A stretch of 63,599 nt of DNA, counting the filler, from Octopus bimaculoides (Eukaryota), in the NCBI RefSeq assembly GCF_001194135.2. It is 4 parts of 4 records of this genome, joined end to end, with 100 filler letters (N's around TTAATTAATTAA, not from the genome) between each part and the next. Parts side by side here need not be neighbours in the genome. Positions count along the whole stretch, not along the records: positions 7,895 to 38,712 come from NC_068990.1; positions 38,813 to 47,429 come from NC_068983.1; positions 47,530 to 63,599 come from NC_068997.1; 1 more part is not named here. The stretch is one strand, 5' to 3'. The notes beneath the pieces were generated by a model. It did not search any database and was not told where the DNA came from. It saw only the letters and a list, made by a program, of their open reading frames with translations. Positions 35,212-48,445 of the stretch are shown here, one piece after another. Position numbers and translations under genes: made by a program. The number at the start of each line of letters is the position of its first letter. The stretch's first letter is position 1.

Positions 35212-35388
35212 ACTCTGGTTTAATTGGAACTCCTAGAGTCTTGCATGCGTAGTGCGCTTGCTACCTACAGCCTACGGTACCATACTATCTGTTCTTTTCC
35301 AGTATTTAATACTTTCCTGATGAATCCAGCCGTTTTAGAACAGTTCTAGTGGACAGCCTATTCCGATTTCCTTTATATTCCTCTTGAT
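35151..35388 (-). mobile_element. Extreme 3' end of a second R4/Dong-like LINE with (AAT)n tail
   Basis: IKEIGIGCPLEL...TAGFIRKVLNT followed by a short 3' UTR and the (AAT)n tract at 35210-35151; (AAT)n also lies upstream at about 35390-35445. Confidence 0.65.
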
Positions 35389-35908
35389 ATTATTATTACT
35401 GTCATCATTATTATTATTATTATTATTATTATTAGTATTACTATACATTCACTTGCACTGCGAAGTACTCTCTTCACCAGCTGTCAACAGGAGATCGCAA
35501 CGATTTCCGTACAATACAGATTAATAGAGTGGACGAAAAATATTCTACGATGAGACTTGTAACAAAGACTGAACAACCAGGGAATATTACTCTCAAATAA
35601 AATATTGTCCTCTGAGCTTTCCGTATACAATATACCAGTGACCTTCATTATTTTGCTATAACACGATTCATGCCAAATTTGTTTGCCTGAACGCTAGAAA
35701 CACTGAAAAAAATTACATATTAGATGTGGTGTCTTTCAGAAATGAGTATGCACTGAAGGATCTTGATCAACTATGCTCTACTCAGAATATATATTTGGTC
35801 AGGGAACAATAAAAGTAAATTGATCCTCTGTCGTTTTCTACGATGTTCGTCCAGTTGTTCAGTCAATGAAAACTACTTCTTCAGAGTCAGTATTAGCGAT
35901 TCACTACT

Positions 35909-36412
35909 CCTTTACCCCTTTACTTGTTTCAGTCATTTGACTGCGGCCATGCTGGAGCACCGCCTTTAGTCGAGCAAATCGACCCCACGACTTATTCTTT
36001 GTAAGCCTAGTACTTATTCTATCGGTCTCTTTTGCCGAATTGCTAAGTTGCGGGGACGTAAACACACCAGCATCGGTTNNNNNNNNNNNNNNNNNNNNNN
36101 NNNNNNNNNNNNNNNNNNNNNNNNNNNNNNNNNNNNNNNNNNNNNNNNNNNNNNNNNNNNNNNNNNNNNNNNNNNNNNNNNNNNNNNNNNNNNNNNGGGG
36201 GGGGGGGACAAACATGCACACACATACATATATAAATATACATATATACGACGGGCTTCTTTCAGTTTCCGTCTACCAAATCCACTCACACGGTTTTTGT
36301 CGGCCCGAGGCTATAGTAGAAGACACTTGCCCAAGATGCCACGCAGTAGGACTGAACCCAGAACCATGTGGCTGGTAAGCAAGCTACTTACCACACAGCC
36401 ACTCCTGTGCCT
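35909..36412 (-). mobile_element. tRNA-derived SINE family A, near full length (gap inside)
   Basis: Minus-strand head GGAGTGGCTGTGTGGTAAG...GGTTCAGTCC (A/B boxes), CCTTGGGCAAGTGTCTT CORE-like segment and a (CA/TA) middle. Confidence 0.9.
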
Positions 36413-37284
36413 ATCATCGGACAGACTCAGCGTGACAGTGACAAAGCTGTTCCGTTGAGTCGGTCCACCCATTGGGCTATCCACAATTTACGCTACTCTG
36501 TTTCATTCGGCCGAACCTCCTTTAGAGGGTACTAACTTAAAGTGCTGTGCAACTGAATTGTACTTGAGACCTCATAGTTACGAACTGCACGTCATGCTTG
36601 TGCACTTGTGGAAAAATGTCAGTATGCATGTATTGTATTACTCATGCCTATATAATATACATAACATTTATCGCTAGTTTTCTTTTTTCCAAATACTTCT
36701 ATTATATCCCATTAATCAACCTCGAATAACTTAAATATTACCCACCCAATCTGTCTGCTGGGTGATTCATAAATGTCATCCAGTTTTAGATAACTGTTTT
36801 CTTTATGGCAACAAATATTTGCAATGACGTTACAAAACTGCTCTTAGCCATGGCAACAAGGACGACTAATTTATGCGACGATTCCGCCAGCTCGGTGCCT
36901 TACGTTAGTCTTGACATATTAACATATGTTATATGTTGCACAAGTGAATTCGAAGACCTAGTTTTCGGTAACGTAATAACCGGTTAATTTCTCGTCGAAA
37001 GACCAGTAATCATTAACGAAATGCATGCTTAAAATCATCAGAAATATGGACAGCGATATAGATAAGAGACATTTCAAAGATAAATCGATAGGAACAAAAA
37101 AAAAAACTTTCAGCTAATAATACAACTCTTCGCAAATATCAACAGTCAGCTCACTTAATCGCTATTGTTCTAATGACAGTGACCTTCAAAGAACTGAAAT
37201 GACTATAATTTAGTTGCATTCGTTTGCCTAAAGAGATCTCTAGAGATAACTAAACATTATTAGATGACATATTGGGTAAGACTA

Positions 37285-37536
37285 TTGGGTTGCTGCATAA
37301 TTATTGCGGCCTTTTTTTCAACAAATTTTATTCAACAAAAACAATAATTATATTTAACAAAAATATATTTAAATGACGGTCTGGCCGTCTGCCAAGCAAA
37401 TGAGAAGCAGTAATTGAAGTAGAGTGTGAATATGCTCCGGAATAATCCTTTAAAGATATTTTTGTTACATGTTGTTAGTGTTTTTGTTGAATAAAATTTG
37501 TTTCAAAAAAGCCGCAATAATTATGCACCAACCCAG
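37285..37536. mobile_element. Mariner-type MITE, 252 bp, TA target duplication
   Basis: About 85-bp terminal inverted repeats (TTGGGTTG(C/G)TGCATAATTATTGCGGC...), flanked by TA at 37283-84 and 37537-38. Confidence 0.8.
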
Positions 37537-37974
37537 TATTAAAGAAACGGTAAATTTAAATTGAACATTCTTTGGTAATGACGCTACACGAGTTTCTGCT
37601 CCGCTGAAGTCGACTTTGCCTTTCATCCTTTCGGGGTCGATAAATTAAGTACCAGTTGCGTACTGGGGTCGATCTAATTGACTGGCCCCTCCCCAAAAAT
37701 TTCGGGCCTTGAACCTAGAGCATAAAAGAATCTATATTTCTGCAATAGCCACAAGGCCTGAAATTTTGTGGAAGTTGGCTAGTCGATTACATCGACCCCG
37801 ATGTATGACTGCTTTTTTTTTTCAATAAAATTATTAGATTGGGATTTTCAAAATCAAAGTTTCAGTGGGTCCTATGCATTTTTAGTAACAGCCATTCTTT
37901 ATTTGATATTACCACTTAATATGAATTTCTTTGACTAGGTATGAAAAGAACCAAATTAATGTTTATTGACACAA

Positions 37975-38180
37975 AGGCGGTGAGCTGGCTGAATCGTTAG
38001 CACGCCGGACAAAATGTTCAGCGGAATTTTATCCGTCTTTACGTTCTGAGTTCAAATTCCGCCGACGCTGACTTTTCCCTTCATCCTTTTAGGGTCGATT
38101 AAAGTACCAGTTGAACACTGGGGTCGATGTAATCAACCTACCCGCTTCCCTGAAATTTCTGGCCTTGTGTCAGAATTTAA
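37975..38180 (+). mobile_element. SINE family B; partial copies at 37590-37720 (+) and 37740-37810 (-)
   Basis: GGCGGTGAGCTGGCTGAATCGTTAGCACG head and the conserved body. Confidence 0.85.
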
Positions 38181-40240
38181 AACCAATATTTCTAGACACA
38201 AGCATGGCTGTGTGATTAAGAAGCTCGCTTTACAATCACGTGGTTTCACATCTAGCTTTATATAATACGGTTTTATTAAAATGTTCAAACCTGTTCTGAA
38301 CGGAAATAACGATAACATAACAACCAGTTAATGATGCGGATTTAAAAATATCTTTAGCATATGAATATAAACAAATTACAAACCATGACGTTTAAGCTGC
38401 ATGCGGATTAGTCAAAACAGTATTCCAAAAATTCAGCTTGTTGGGGCGTTCTAAGAGGTACTACAGTTGTCAAGAACTCAATTTTCAGTTAAATACATTT
38501 TGAAATCTGATGATTACTACGAACGTATGAAAGCGCTAATTAAACTTTATGATCATTATAAAATACTTTTTTAATGTTAAAATACCATAATAAAAAACGT
38601 GGAAACCAGACCATATTTTAACTTCATTCAACTGATATATTATTCTATACACATTCATACAAATTTGGAACAAATACACACACACACACACATACATACG
38701 TAAATTTCCATGNNNNNNNNNNNNNNNNNNNNNNNNNNNNNNNNNNNNNNNNNNNNTTAATTAATTAANNNNNNNNNNNNNNNNNNNNNNNNNNNNNNNN
38801 NNNNNNNNNNNNCCTCCCTCCTACCACCCATCTGTCCCCCCACCTCCACCTCCTCCCTCCTGCTCCGACTCCTACTTCTCTGTACGTCTCTTCACCTCTC
38901 TTCATTCCTACCTCTCTTCATTCCTACTTCTCTTCACTCCGACTACTCTTCACCCCTACTCTTTCTCTCCTCTCTCTTACTCTCTCTCACTCTCTTCACT
39001 CTTACTCTCCCCTCTCTCACTCTTACTCTCTTACTCTCTCACTCTTACTCTCTTACTCTCTCTCACTTTCTTCTCTCTTTCTCTCTTTCTCACTCTCACT
39101 CTTTTCTCTCACTCTCTTTCTCTTCCTCTCTTTCTCCCTCCTCCCATACCCACCTTTCCCCTCTCTTATATCCACCTTCCCCTTCCCCCTTCATCGTCAA
39201 CCGTCTCTCATAAGCTCATCCCACCCCACCCCAACACACTCCTACTCTACCTTCCCACTCCACCCCATCCAATGCCTNNNNNNNNNNNNNNNNNNNNNNN
39301 NNNNNNNNNNNNNNNNNNNNNNNNNNNNNNNNNNNNNNNNNNNNNNNNNNNNNNNNNNNNNNNNNNNNNNNNNNNNNNNNNNNNNNNNNNNNNNNNNNNN
39401 NNNNNNNNNNNNNNNNNNNNNNNNNNNNNNNNNNNNNNNNNNNNNNNNNNNNNNNNNNNNNNNNNNNNNNNNNNNNNNNNNNNNNNNNNNNNNNNNNNNN
39501 NNNNNNNNNNNNNNNNNNNNNNNNNNNNNNNNNNNNNNNNNNNNNNNNNNNNNNNNNNNNNNNNNNNNNNNNNNNNNNNNNNNNNNNNNNNNNNNNNNNN
39601 NNNNNNNNNNNNNNNNNNNNNNNNNNNNNNNNNNNNNNNNNNNNNNNNNNNNNNNNNNNNNNNNNNNNNNNNNNNNNNNNNNNNNNNNNNNNNNNNNNNN
39701 NNNNNNNNNNNNNNNNNNNNNNNNNNNNNNNNNNNNNNNNNNNNNNNNNNNNNNNNNNNNNNNNNNNNNNNNNNNNNNNNNNNNNNNNNNNNNNNNNNNN
39801 NNNNNNNNNNNNNNNNNNNNNNNNNNNNNNNNNNNNNNNNNNNNNNNNNNNNNNNNNNNNNNNNNNNNNNNNNNNNNNNNNNNNNNNNNNNNNNNNNNNN
39901 NNNNNNNNNNNNNNNNNNNNNNNNNNNNNNNNNNNNNNNNNNNNNNNNNNNNNNNNNNNNNNNNNNNNNNNNNNNNNNNNNNNNNNNNNNNNNNNNNNNN
40001 NNNNNNNNNNNNNNNNNNNNNNNNNNNNNNNNNNNNNNNNNNNNNNNNNNNNNNNNNNNNNNNNNNNNNNNNNNNNNNNNNNNNNNNNNNNNNNNNNNNN
40101 NNNNNNNNNNNNNNNNNNNNNNNNNNNNNNNNNNNNNNNNNNNNNNNNNNNNNNNNNNNNNNNNNNNNNNNNNNNNNNNNNNNNNNNNNNNNNNNNNNNN
40201 NNNNNNNNNNNNNNNNNNNNNNNNNNNNNNNNNNNNNNNN

Positions 40241-40276
<36 letters not shown>

Positions 40277-41523
40277 GCATATATATATATATGTATATAT
40301 ATGTTATCTTTGCAGGCTATGTCAAAATAAGTATTGTAATATACGTAGTTACCTTTTTTAATGCATATTATTTCTGCTTACCCAAAGGAAAGTAGACATA
40401 GAGAATTTTCTTTTGCTAAAAACTAATGTTTAGAATCAAATTTTATAAAGCACTGCCACCAGGATTATTTGTTTAGAACAGTACTATGATGTGTAGTGTT
40501 TAGCTAATTCATGCGAGTTGAATTTCTGGCAGTCAAACGCACAGTTTGAACAGAAGTGCGACACTGTCATTTGTGTTTCAATTACTATAAGATTACTTAT
40601 CACTACTCCCAACACTGATCTTCACATTCCCGTAGTAGTAATATGCTTTCAATATTTAGCATTTTGCATGAACTTAGCTCAACAAGACTTCAGATGCCAA
40701 GCAATCATCTTTTAGCCATTTTATTGTCACCTTTGTTATACATGTCTGGTCAATCACCGCAATGACAGCGAAAACAATTTCAAATATTTAATTTTAAGGA
40801 TTCGTTATTTCGTCTAATGAAATGAACCGTCGGAAATGTCCATCCTTTGAATACCCCAGCGCAGAGATGCATTGATTATGTCTATACCGAAAATTTCTTG
40901 AACGTTATATTTCTTAATTTCTCACATAAGTAATTCGAGTCAATTACCATTTTCCTGGAAACAGTCATGCGCAACAAAATGCTGTCATTATTGATATTGA
41001 TTAAGTAGCTCTGTTGAATGTCTTTATTTAGTCATGACCGCTTATATTATTGAACAAAACATGTTCACAACCTTCTATGACTGAGGAAGATATAATTTCG
41101 TCTTCTATAAATTCTCTTTCACCCAATACCTCCCTCTGTTTCATACTATCTACTCAAGTTTCACTAATAATAAACATAGGGTAGCTTATTATCTAAAAGG
41201 CTCTCTAGTTCCTAGATAACAGCCTTCTTAATTTCCCGTTGATTCCCATGTAACCCCACTGTCCTGCAATCAGATATTGGATGCTTTTGATTTTTCAGTA
41301 AAATTGATGTTATTTGTCGTATACTATTCTTTTAGCATCAAGTATCTGTCTTAATTTCAAAGTATTCTTAGAATCAAGAATATTCTAGCGACTTTGAGTT
41401 CTCTAATGCCCTTTATGCATTTATCCGGCCATTTCCGATAATAGGAAATCCATTGATAGCGTTTCTTACTTCTCAGTAAATCTTGATTCATACACACGTA
41501 TAATACAGGGACAGATACGTTTA

Positions 41524-41574
<51 letters not shown>

Positions 41575-42205
41575 ATACATGCTCACACATGCATAAGAAC
41601 ATCACATCTTTATTTAGATCGATGGAAGGCCGATGAAATATCTGTAAAGGTAACGTTCGTGCTTTTTGACAGAACAAAATAAATTCGTTTTACGTCTTTT
41701 TTATTTTTATTCCGTTTTCTACTTTTGTTGATTATTATATTGGATTTAAAAATCTTTCATCTGTCTAGTTACAGACTGTGAAGAGCTCTGCGGAGTCCGA
41801 AAGCATCTTTACATCATTTTAAGATGCTGGTACCGGTTACAAGCACGCAACAAAAAGCTTCCTAATTTGTTATAGATTATTGAGTTGTCCAATAAGAATT
41901 TGGCGAAAGTGAAAAAAGAAAGTACATAAAAGAATAAACAAAAGCGAGGATAACTTTAACAATCAGAGCACACACGAACCTCTATTTTTAATGATAATAT
42001 AATGATAGTTCAAACCCACGTTGCTTGTAAGAAATGTATCACTCAGGAATATAGTTGACGCCAATGTGTCCAGTTGTAACCATTGCACATTGTTTATTCG
42101 GTTTATGCAAATTATATGCTGGAGAAAAGCATGAATGACTTGGCTTCTGTAGACTGTACAAAAGAAATCCATAAAACTGTTATATGGGTATTTCGGTGTA
42201 CCCGA

Positions 42206-43031
42206 TTTTGGGTATTTCGGTGACGCTAGATTCCAATGGTTGGTGTGGAACCTTAGGGTCAGACATAGTACGCAAGTGCTTTATTAGAAGAGAGAAGTAC
42301 ACATTAACGTAAATAATATTTTATTATTGCTAATCACGGTGGCTGTGAGTGTGTTTCTCAATTCTTACTCAAAATAATTTCCTTCAAGGTGTCAATAGTG
42401 TGAAAGTGCAAGGAAGAGATGTTATATGAATGTATGATATAATTTATTCAAAACCTCCACTACATAATTGTTAGAGAAATATCAGTAAACCCACACCAAA
42501 ACTCAAGATTGAATTGCGATCTCAGGGGTGTCTTCGCTAGGATAAGACACGAGAAAAATACTGATAATGTTCGCACAGGGATGGGTACATTTGTCATTCC
42601 GAAATAGACAGCGTTTATAGAATTAAATGTTCTTGCCGTATACTCAGCAGTTTGCATGATATTTAATTTATGGCCAATTAGCTGGTAATCTAGTAGTTCA
42701 CACACTGATAAAAACTAATTACTGTGTAGGGAAAAAAGGTTCTTATGGAGTCGGAAAGGAATTGCACTTGCATCAAAATATCAGTGTACGAGTAATATAG
42801 CGAACGAATGCGCTTTTGGGTATTTCGGTGACGCTAGATTCCAATGGTTGGTGTGGAACCTTAGGCTCAGGTATAGTATGCAAGTGCTTTATTAGAGGAG
42901 ATAAGTACACATTAACGTAAATAATATTTTGTTATCACTAATCACGGTAGTGGTGAGTGTGTTTCTCAATTCTTACTCCAAATAATTTCCTTCAAGGTGT
43001 CAATAGTGTGAAACTGCAAGGAAGAGATGTT
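42206..43031. repeat. 218-bp direct repeat pair (42206-42423, 42814-43031), period 608 bp
   Basis: About 90% identical by eye, with a 390-bp unique spacer. Confidence 0.9.
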
Positions 43032-44473
43032 TTCTAGTTACAAAAGATTGGTGTTTGTCTTCTTCAATGTTGTCTTGACGTGCTCTTTGAGCTTTAGAGA
43101 AATGGTATGTGTGATGTGTCAACTCCAATTGATATACTGCCCCTGCGGTAGGTCGGTCTCCGCGGGCTTTCAAACCAATATTTAAAGAGTCGAAATTGAA
43201 TTCCTCAAAATATATTATCTGCTAATTCCGTAACTCGCACAACTATAAGGTGCCATAGGAATAATTGATCTGTATCATGATAACTAGTTACGCTCTATTA
43301 TGTTTTATATTCAAATCATAGGAGAATACCCTTCCACGGCAATTAGAATTAATTGAAATGATATACTGAAGTAGATAACGATGCTTGCTACCCTTTCCCC
43401 TAAGAAATCTTGTGTTACTCGCCAGGCAAAATACTGAGCAGCTTTTCGTCCGTTTTTTACTTTCTGATTTCAAATTTCGCCGAGGTTATCTTTGCCTTTC
43501 ATCGTTGCTGGGACGATAAAATAATTACCATTTGAGCAGTGGGTCCTTGTGCCGAAATTTGAAAACAATATGTGATACAAATATATAGCTCTAACTTGCG
43601 GTGGTGTGGCAAGTGTTCGAATTCTGAACAAAATAAATTTCTTAGTTCTTTTGTTTATGTGGTTGTCAATGTTGTTATTTATCCCCTAAATCATCCTTAG
43701 TTGCAGCAAATCTATTTTCAAACCAGAGTAACAGCATTCACACGCATATACATATATACATGTGTATATGTAAGTATGTATGTATGTATGTATGTATGTA
43801 TGTATGCATGTATATATGTGTATGTATGTGTATGTATGTATGTATGTATGCTCTCAAATGTAGGTTGCTTTTTGATCATGAATTTAATCGTTTACTTAAC
43901 TAAGCTTTGCTTTCACCCACCATTCTACAGTAGCCGCGTTAGTAAATTCTTCACTTTACACCATACGACAACGAACTTGTAAATTGCAGAGAAAGGTACT
44001 TGAAACGAAGTCAAGCTAGGTATTAGTTGTGTTGCATTTTTACGTTCAACTGTTCTTGGAAATATATCCAGTAGGGATTTACCCACTCCATTCCTAGTAC
44101 CTATTAATTTATAACTACATAATTAGTGACTTTCGTTCTTAAAACATGAGTCGTATAGCTGCTGTCATCTTATTGAAATCTCCATTAAATTCATCAATAT
44201 AGGACAATGTTCATAACATGCGCTGATAACTAAACTTTGTTGATTGAGAATAATGTTCTTTATGTCATCTACACAAGCTGTGCATGTGCATGATTCTAAC
44301 TAACTGCTTGTACTAAGATATCAAAATCCATTTGGATCGTACAACTCGCTCTCCTCATTCTTTCTCTCTCTTTGTTTCACAGACAGACAGACAGACAGAT
44401 AGATAGATATACATGTATAGGTATATTCCGCTGAAATGCTTATGGTGGTTTTTGCTTGATACTTGGAATCCAG

Positions 44474-44513
<40 letters not shown>

Positions 44514-44519
44514 ACACAC

Positions 44520-44556
<37 letters not shown>

Positions 44557-44589
44557 AGTTAAGCAAAAACTGTACGTACGCTGCTATAA

Positions 44590-44621
<32 letters not shown>

Positions 44622-44643
44622 GTGTGTGTGTTGTGGGGGTATG

Positions 44644-44742
<99 letters not shown>

Positions 44743-47711
44743 ATATATATATAACTGGAATCCAAGAATCAAGCGAAAACCAACATAGGCTTTGCAGCTG
44801 ATGAATCTGCTATCAGATCACAAAGTATATGCATACGCATGCTGGTGTACTCGCACCTGTGTGTGTGAGTGTGCGCGTATTTATGTGAGTGCGTGTGGGC
44901 ATGTGTGTATGCGGGTGTTCTTTTGTTTGTCGATATATCTATATATAAATGCTTGAATATGTTAGAACGTTTGTGTTTGGTGTAATCAGATGAGTACGAG
45001 TGAGTATACATAAGGATAATGATCAGCTGGTAAGTACTCACACACAAAGTAGAGTGAAACTTGGCTCACGTTACTGTGAGATGAATAACAATCTGAACAA
45101 ATAGATCTAATATACCCAAAAGATTTCGGAAATCATGTCTGGTTTTAATTTGTTCATTTAAAATCCTTATGTATTGATCATTAAAATGATAATAATCTCT
45201 CTATTTAGCATTGCTACACCATTTATTGGAAATTATGTATATTCGTATGCCATGGAAAAATCTCAATGACATTTGTCATGGGTATTCATGCGTGAACATT
45301 TTAGCATTCGTAGTTTGAGTGTATGTTAGCTGTGTGTATGCCCCCGGTTTGCACATACACAGTTTGAATGTTTCTTAGTTGTTTGTGTGCCTCCGTCACT
45401 CCTGAAAATTGTCAATTTTGGTCACTTTGAACTTTATTTCAATATTGTTTATAACCATCATTACCGAATTTGTGTGAATCTCCATTTGACATGGAGAGTT
45501 GTCTTGGCTTGTTTTGATTAATTATTGTCTGGACAATTTTCTCCAATATTTTATGACCTCCACATCATGTATAAATGAATGAATTTTCCTCTGTCTACAG
45601 AGTCTGAGGCATACACCGAATGCGTTCTGAGAAACGTTCTTCTTTCTTCAGCGCATGATCGTTTGACTTTATGAATGTATAGTATGTATCTATATAGATA
45701 AGTGTATTCGCGTACAAGTTGTATACATATAAATATATAAACACATACATATAAAGACATATATACTGATATACATTAATTTATTAAATATACAGGGGAA
45801 CACACGGGAACACACGCATGCTCACACACACCCACATCACACACTATCGTGTATATATACACTCACTCAAGCACAAACATTCATATACATAAACCTGTAC
45901 ACATATGAACTTGCTATTGCATTGCTTTTGTGTGTTGAACAACCATTTTCCACTAATCATACTGCTATTTTATATACTTTGATTCTGAAAGAAACGCTAA
46001 GACAAAGACAGAGCGAAAGAGTGAGAGAACGAGATAACGAATGATGGAGTGAGATCACAAACTTCAACTCGTATTTATATGTTTCCTTCTTCTCCTCAGT
46101 CTCATTATTTTTTTACACCTCCAGTTTTAGTTTGTTTTTTTTTTCTTTTTCGGTTTCTTTCTCACTTCCTCTCCTATTACGACTCCGAGCTAGCTTTGTC
46201 TATCTCTCTTCTTTTGACTCATATTCTAATCCATATCACCACCATTTACCCTTATCATATCATATTTCTATCTAGTTTCCTTTTTCTCTAGCTTTCCAAT
46301 TTCTCTCTCATTTTCTCTTGTGTTTTCCGTCTTTCCCTTCATATATTCGATTATATATTCCATCTCCTTAACGACCATCTGTTTCTTTATTAATCTGAGT
46401 TACTTCCCTTTGCCTGACAAAAATAAGTATGAGAGTAATATTACATAACTGTAGATAATGACCAAATAGCATCAACATCAATATCCTCAGAAGTAGTTTT
46501 CATAACATATGAAAGTATTATTGTTATGTGATGTTTTATTGCGTTGAGTAATGTTTTACTTGAAATAATAAAAAAAATCTCTTTTCTCTGTTGATTCACA
46601 TTGACATTGATGCTGGAACACGTTATCACAATCTTATGAAGGGAATATATATTGCAGATATCATTCTTAAATTGTTTTTTTCAGTATCACATCTTAGCCA
46701 TCTCATTATAACAATAGAAAATGTTCCGTTTTAACATTTAGGAGCATTACGTATGTCCACATCAAAAGGTAGCTGTTGATATTTCTTTTTATGATTTCAA
46801 AGTGATATAAATGGCTTTGTTCTTTATATGTAACGTTAGCGGTGAGCTGGCAGAATCGCTACCATGCTTTGCGGCACTTTTTCTCCCATCATACTCTTAG
46901 TTCAAATCCGACCGTGGTTTTCTTTCTTTCGGCGTCAATGTGAAAGTAGATAAAAGTATGGTTAGGGAATAAAGAAGCTGTAGAAGAGGAAGGAGTAGCG
47001 GAATTCAGGGTAAAGTACATCTATTTCTTGTCCTCCTCCTTTGTTGTTTTTCTTCTTCTTATCCATATTCTTCATATTTTGTCTTCTCTCGCCTTCTTTC
47101 ACTTCTACTGCTTTTTCATCCCTTAAACATACTTCTACCTACTTTGATATTGGCACTTAATTTGCCTTGTCCATCACAGTCTATTTGCTTCTTCCCAGTA
47201 TGAGCAAAACAGAAATTTAAGCAGACCTAGAATGTGAGAATGCAGTTATGATTCAGGTATGAGGAAGTGCCACCCTAATATTTAAAGCTGCAAATGTTAC
47301 ATAAATTTTCACTTGGAACTTTTGCGTTAACTGGCGTTAAAAGCAGAGTTGGTACAGAAACGATTGTAACTCACCATTTCAGCATTAAAGTTTTATGAAA
47401 GTCTTTCTTTATTGTCTGAATTATATATANNNNNNNNNNNNNNNNNNNNNNNNNNNNNNNNNNNNNNNNNNNNTTAATTAATTAANNNNNNNNNNNNNNN
47501 NNNNNNNNNNNNNNNNNNNNNNNNNNNNNTTTTTTTTTTTTTTTTTTTTTTTTCCTTCCTTCCCCCTCCCAAAAAGAAAAGCTCTACATTGTATTTGTCC
47601 CATCTTCGTTGAGCCCTGTGTGGCTAATAAAAGAAATGTATCTGTCTATCTATCGATCGATCGGCCTGTTTATCTATCTATCTGTCTATCAATCAATTTA
47701 TTTATGAATCT

Positions 47712-47742
<31 letters not shown>

Positions 47743-48032
47743 TCTCTGTATGTCTGCCTGCCTGTCTGCATATCAGTTTGTATATCCGTCTGTCTATATG
47801 TATGTATGAGTGTTGATGCAGGCCTCGTGTGGTTACGAATTTCGATTTACAGAGAAGTGGTCAAGGATTTAGAGCAAAAGTATTAACAAATACCTCGTGC
47901 TCAACAAAACCTGAATAATTCTTGAAGACAGAAACTATGCGGAAGCACGTCACATGCACATATATAACTGTACACACAAACACACACGCACACACACATA
48001 CACACACACACAAACACTCGCACACACAAAAT

Positions 48033-48208
48033 ACAGGGGGATGAGTTAATTGTGACTTTATTCAACATATATTCTCAGATTCGCACACATATAGCAGCGG
48101 TCCTTCACTTTTTCTGAGCCCGGTAAAAAAAGACTCGGAAGGTTAGGTCTTTAACTAGGCCTGTCACGATACCCTTAGATTCAGGAACTTTTCAGAACTC
48201 CCTCGTAT
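48033..48208. mobile_element. Degraded mariner-like MITE; second partial right end at about 48470-48576
   Basis: TA-CAGGGG left end and GGAACTTTTCAGAACTCCCTCG-TA right end resemble CGAGGGG..TGAAAAGT-type TIRs; a similar right-end segment recurs about 370 bp downstream. Confidence 0.45.
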
Positions 48209-48395
48209 ATCTATATTGATGGGCATATTGATCTTTTCATGCGCATATGTATGTAGATTCCGTATATATACATTAAAATATGCATGAGTGTCCATATAAA
48301 ATGTTTATACACAGATATGATATTCTCCGCACTAAATTGGTGTCCTTATTATTAAAATATTTTGATTCAGATGGATCCTGCAAATAATTAATATA

Positions 48396-48445
<50 letters not shown>

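Noticed and set aside
44797-44840. CTGATGA followed by an ATCTG/CAGAT hairpin as a hammerhead
   Set aside because: No GAAA (reads CACAAAG), no UH triplet and no stem I.
45100-45560. Possible Gypsy protease/RT relic on the minus strand (INNIEIKFKV...)
   Set aside because: No catalytic DTG or YxDD motif survives; too weak to call without BLASTX.
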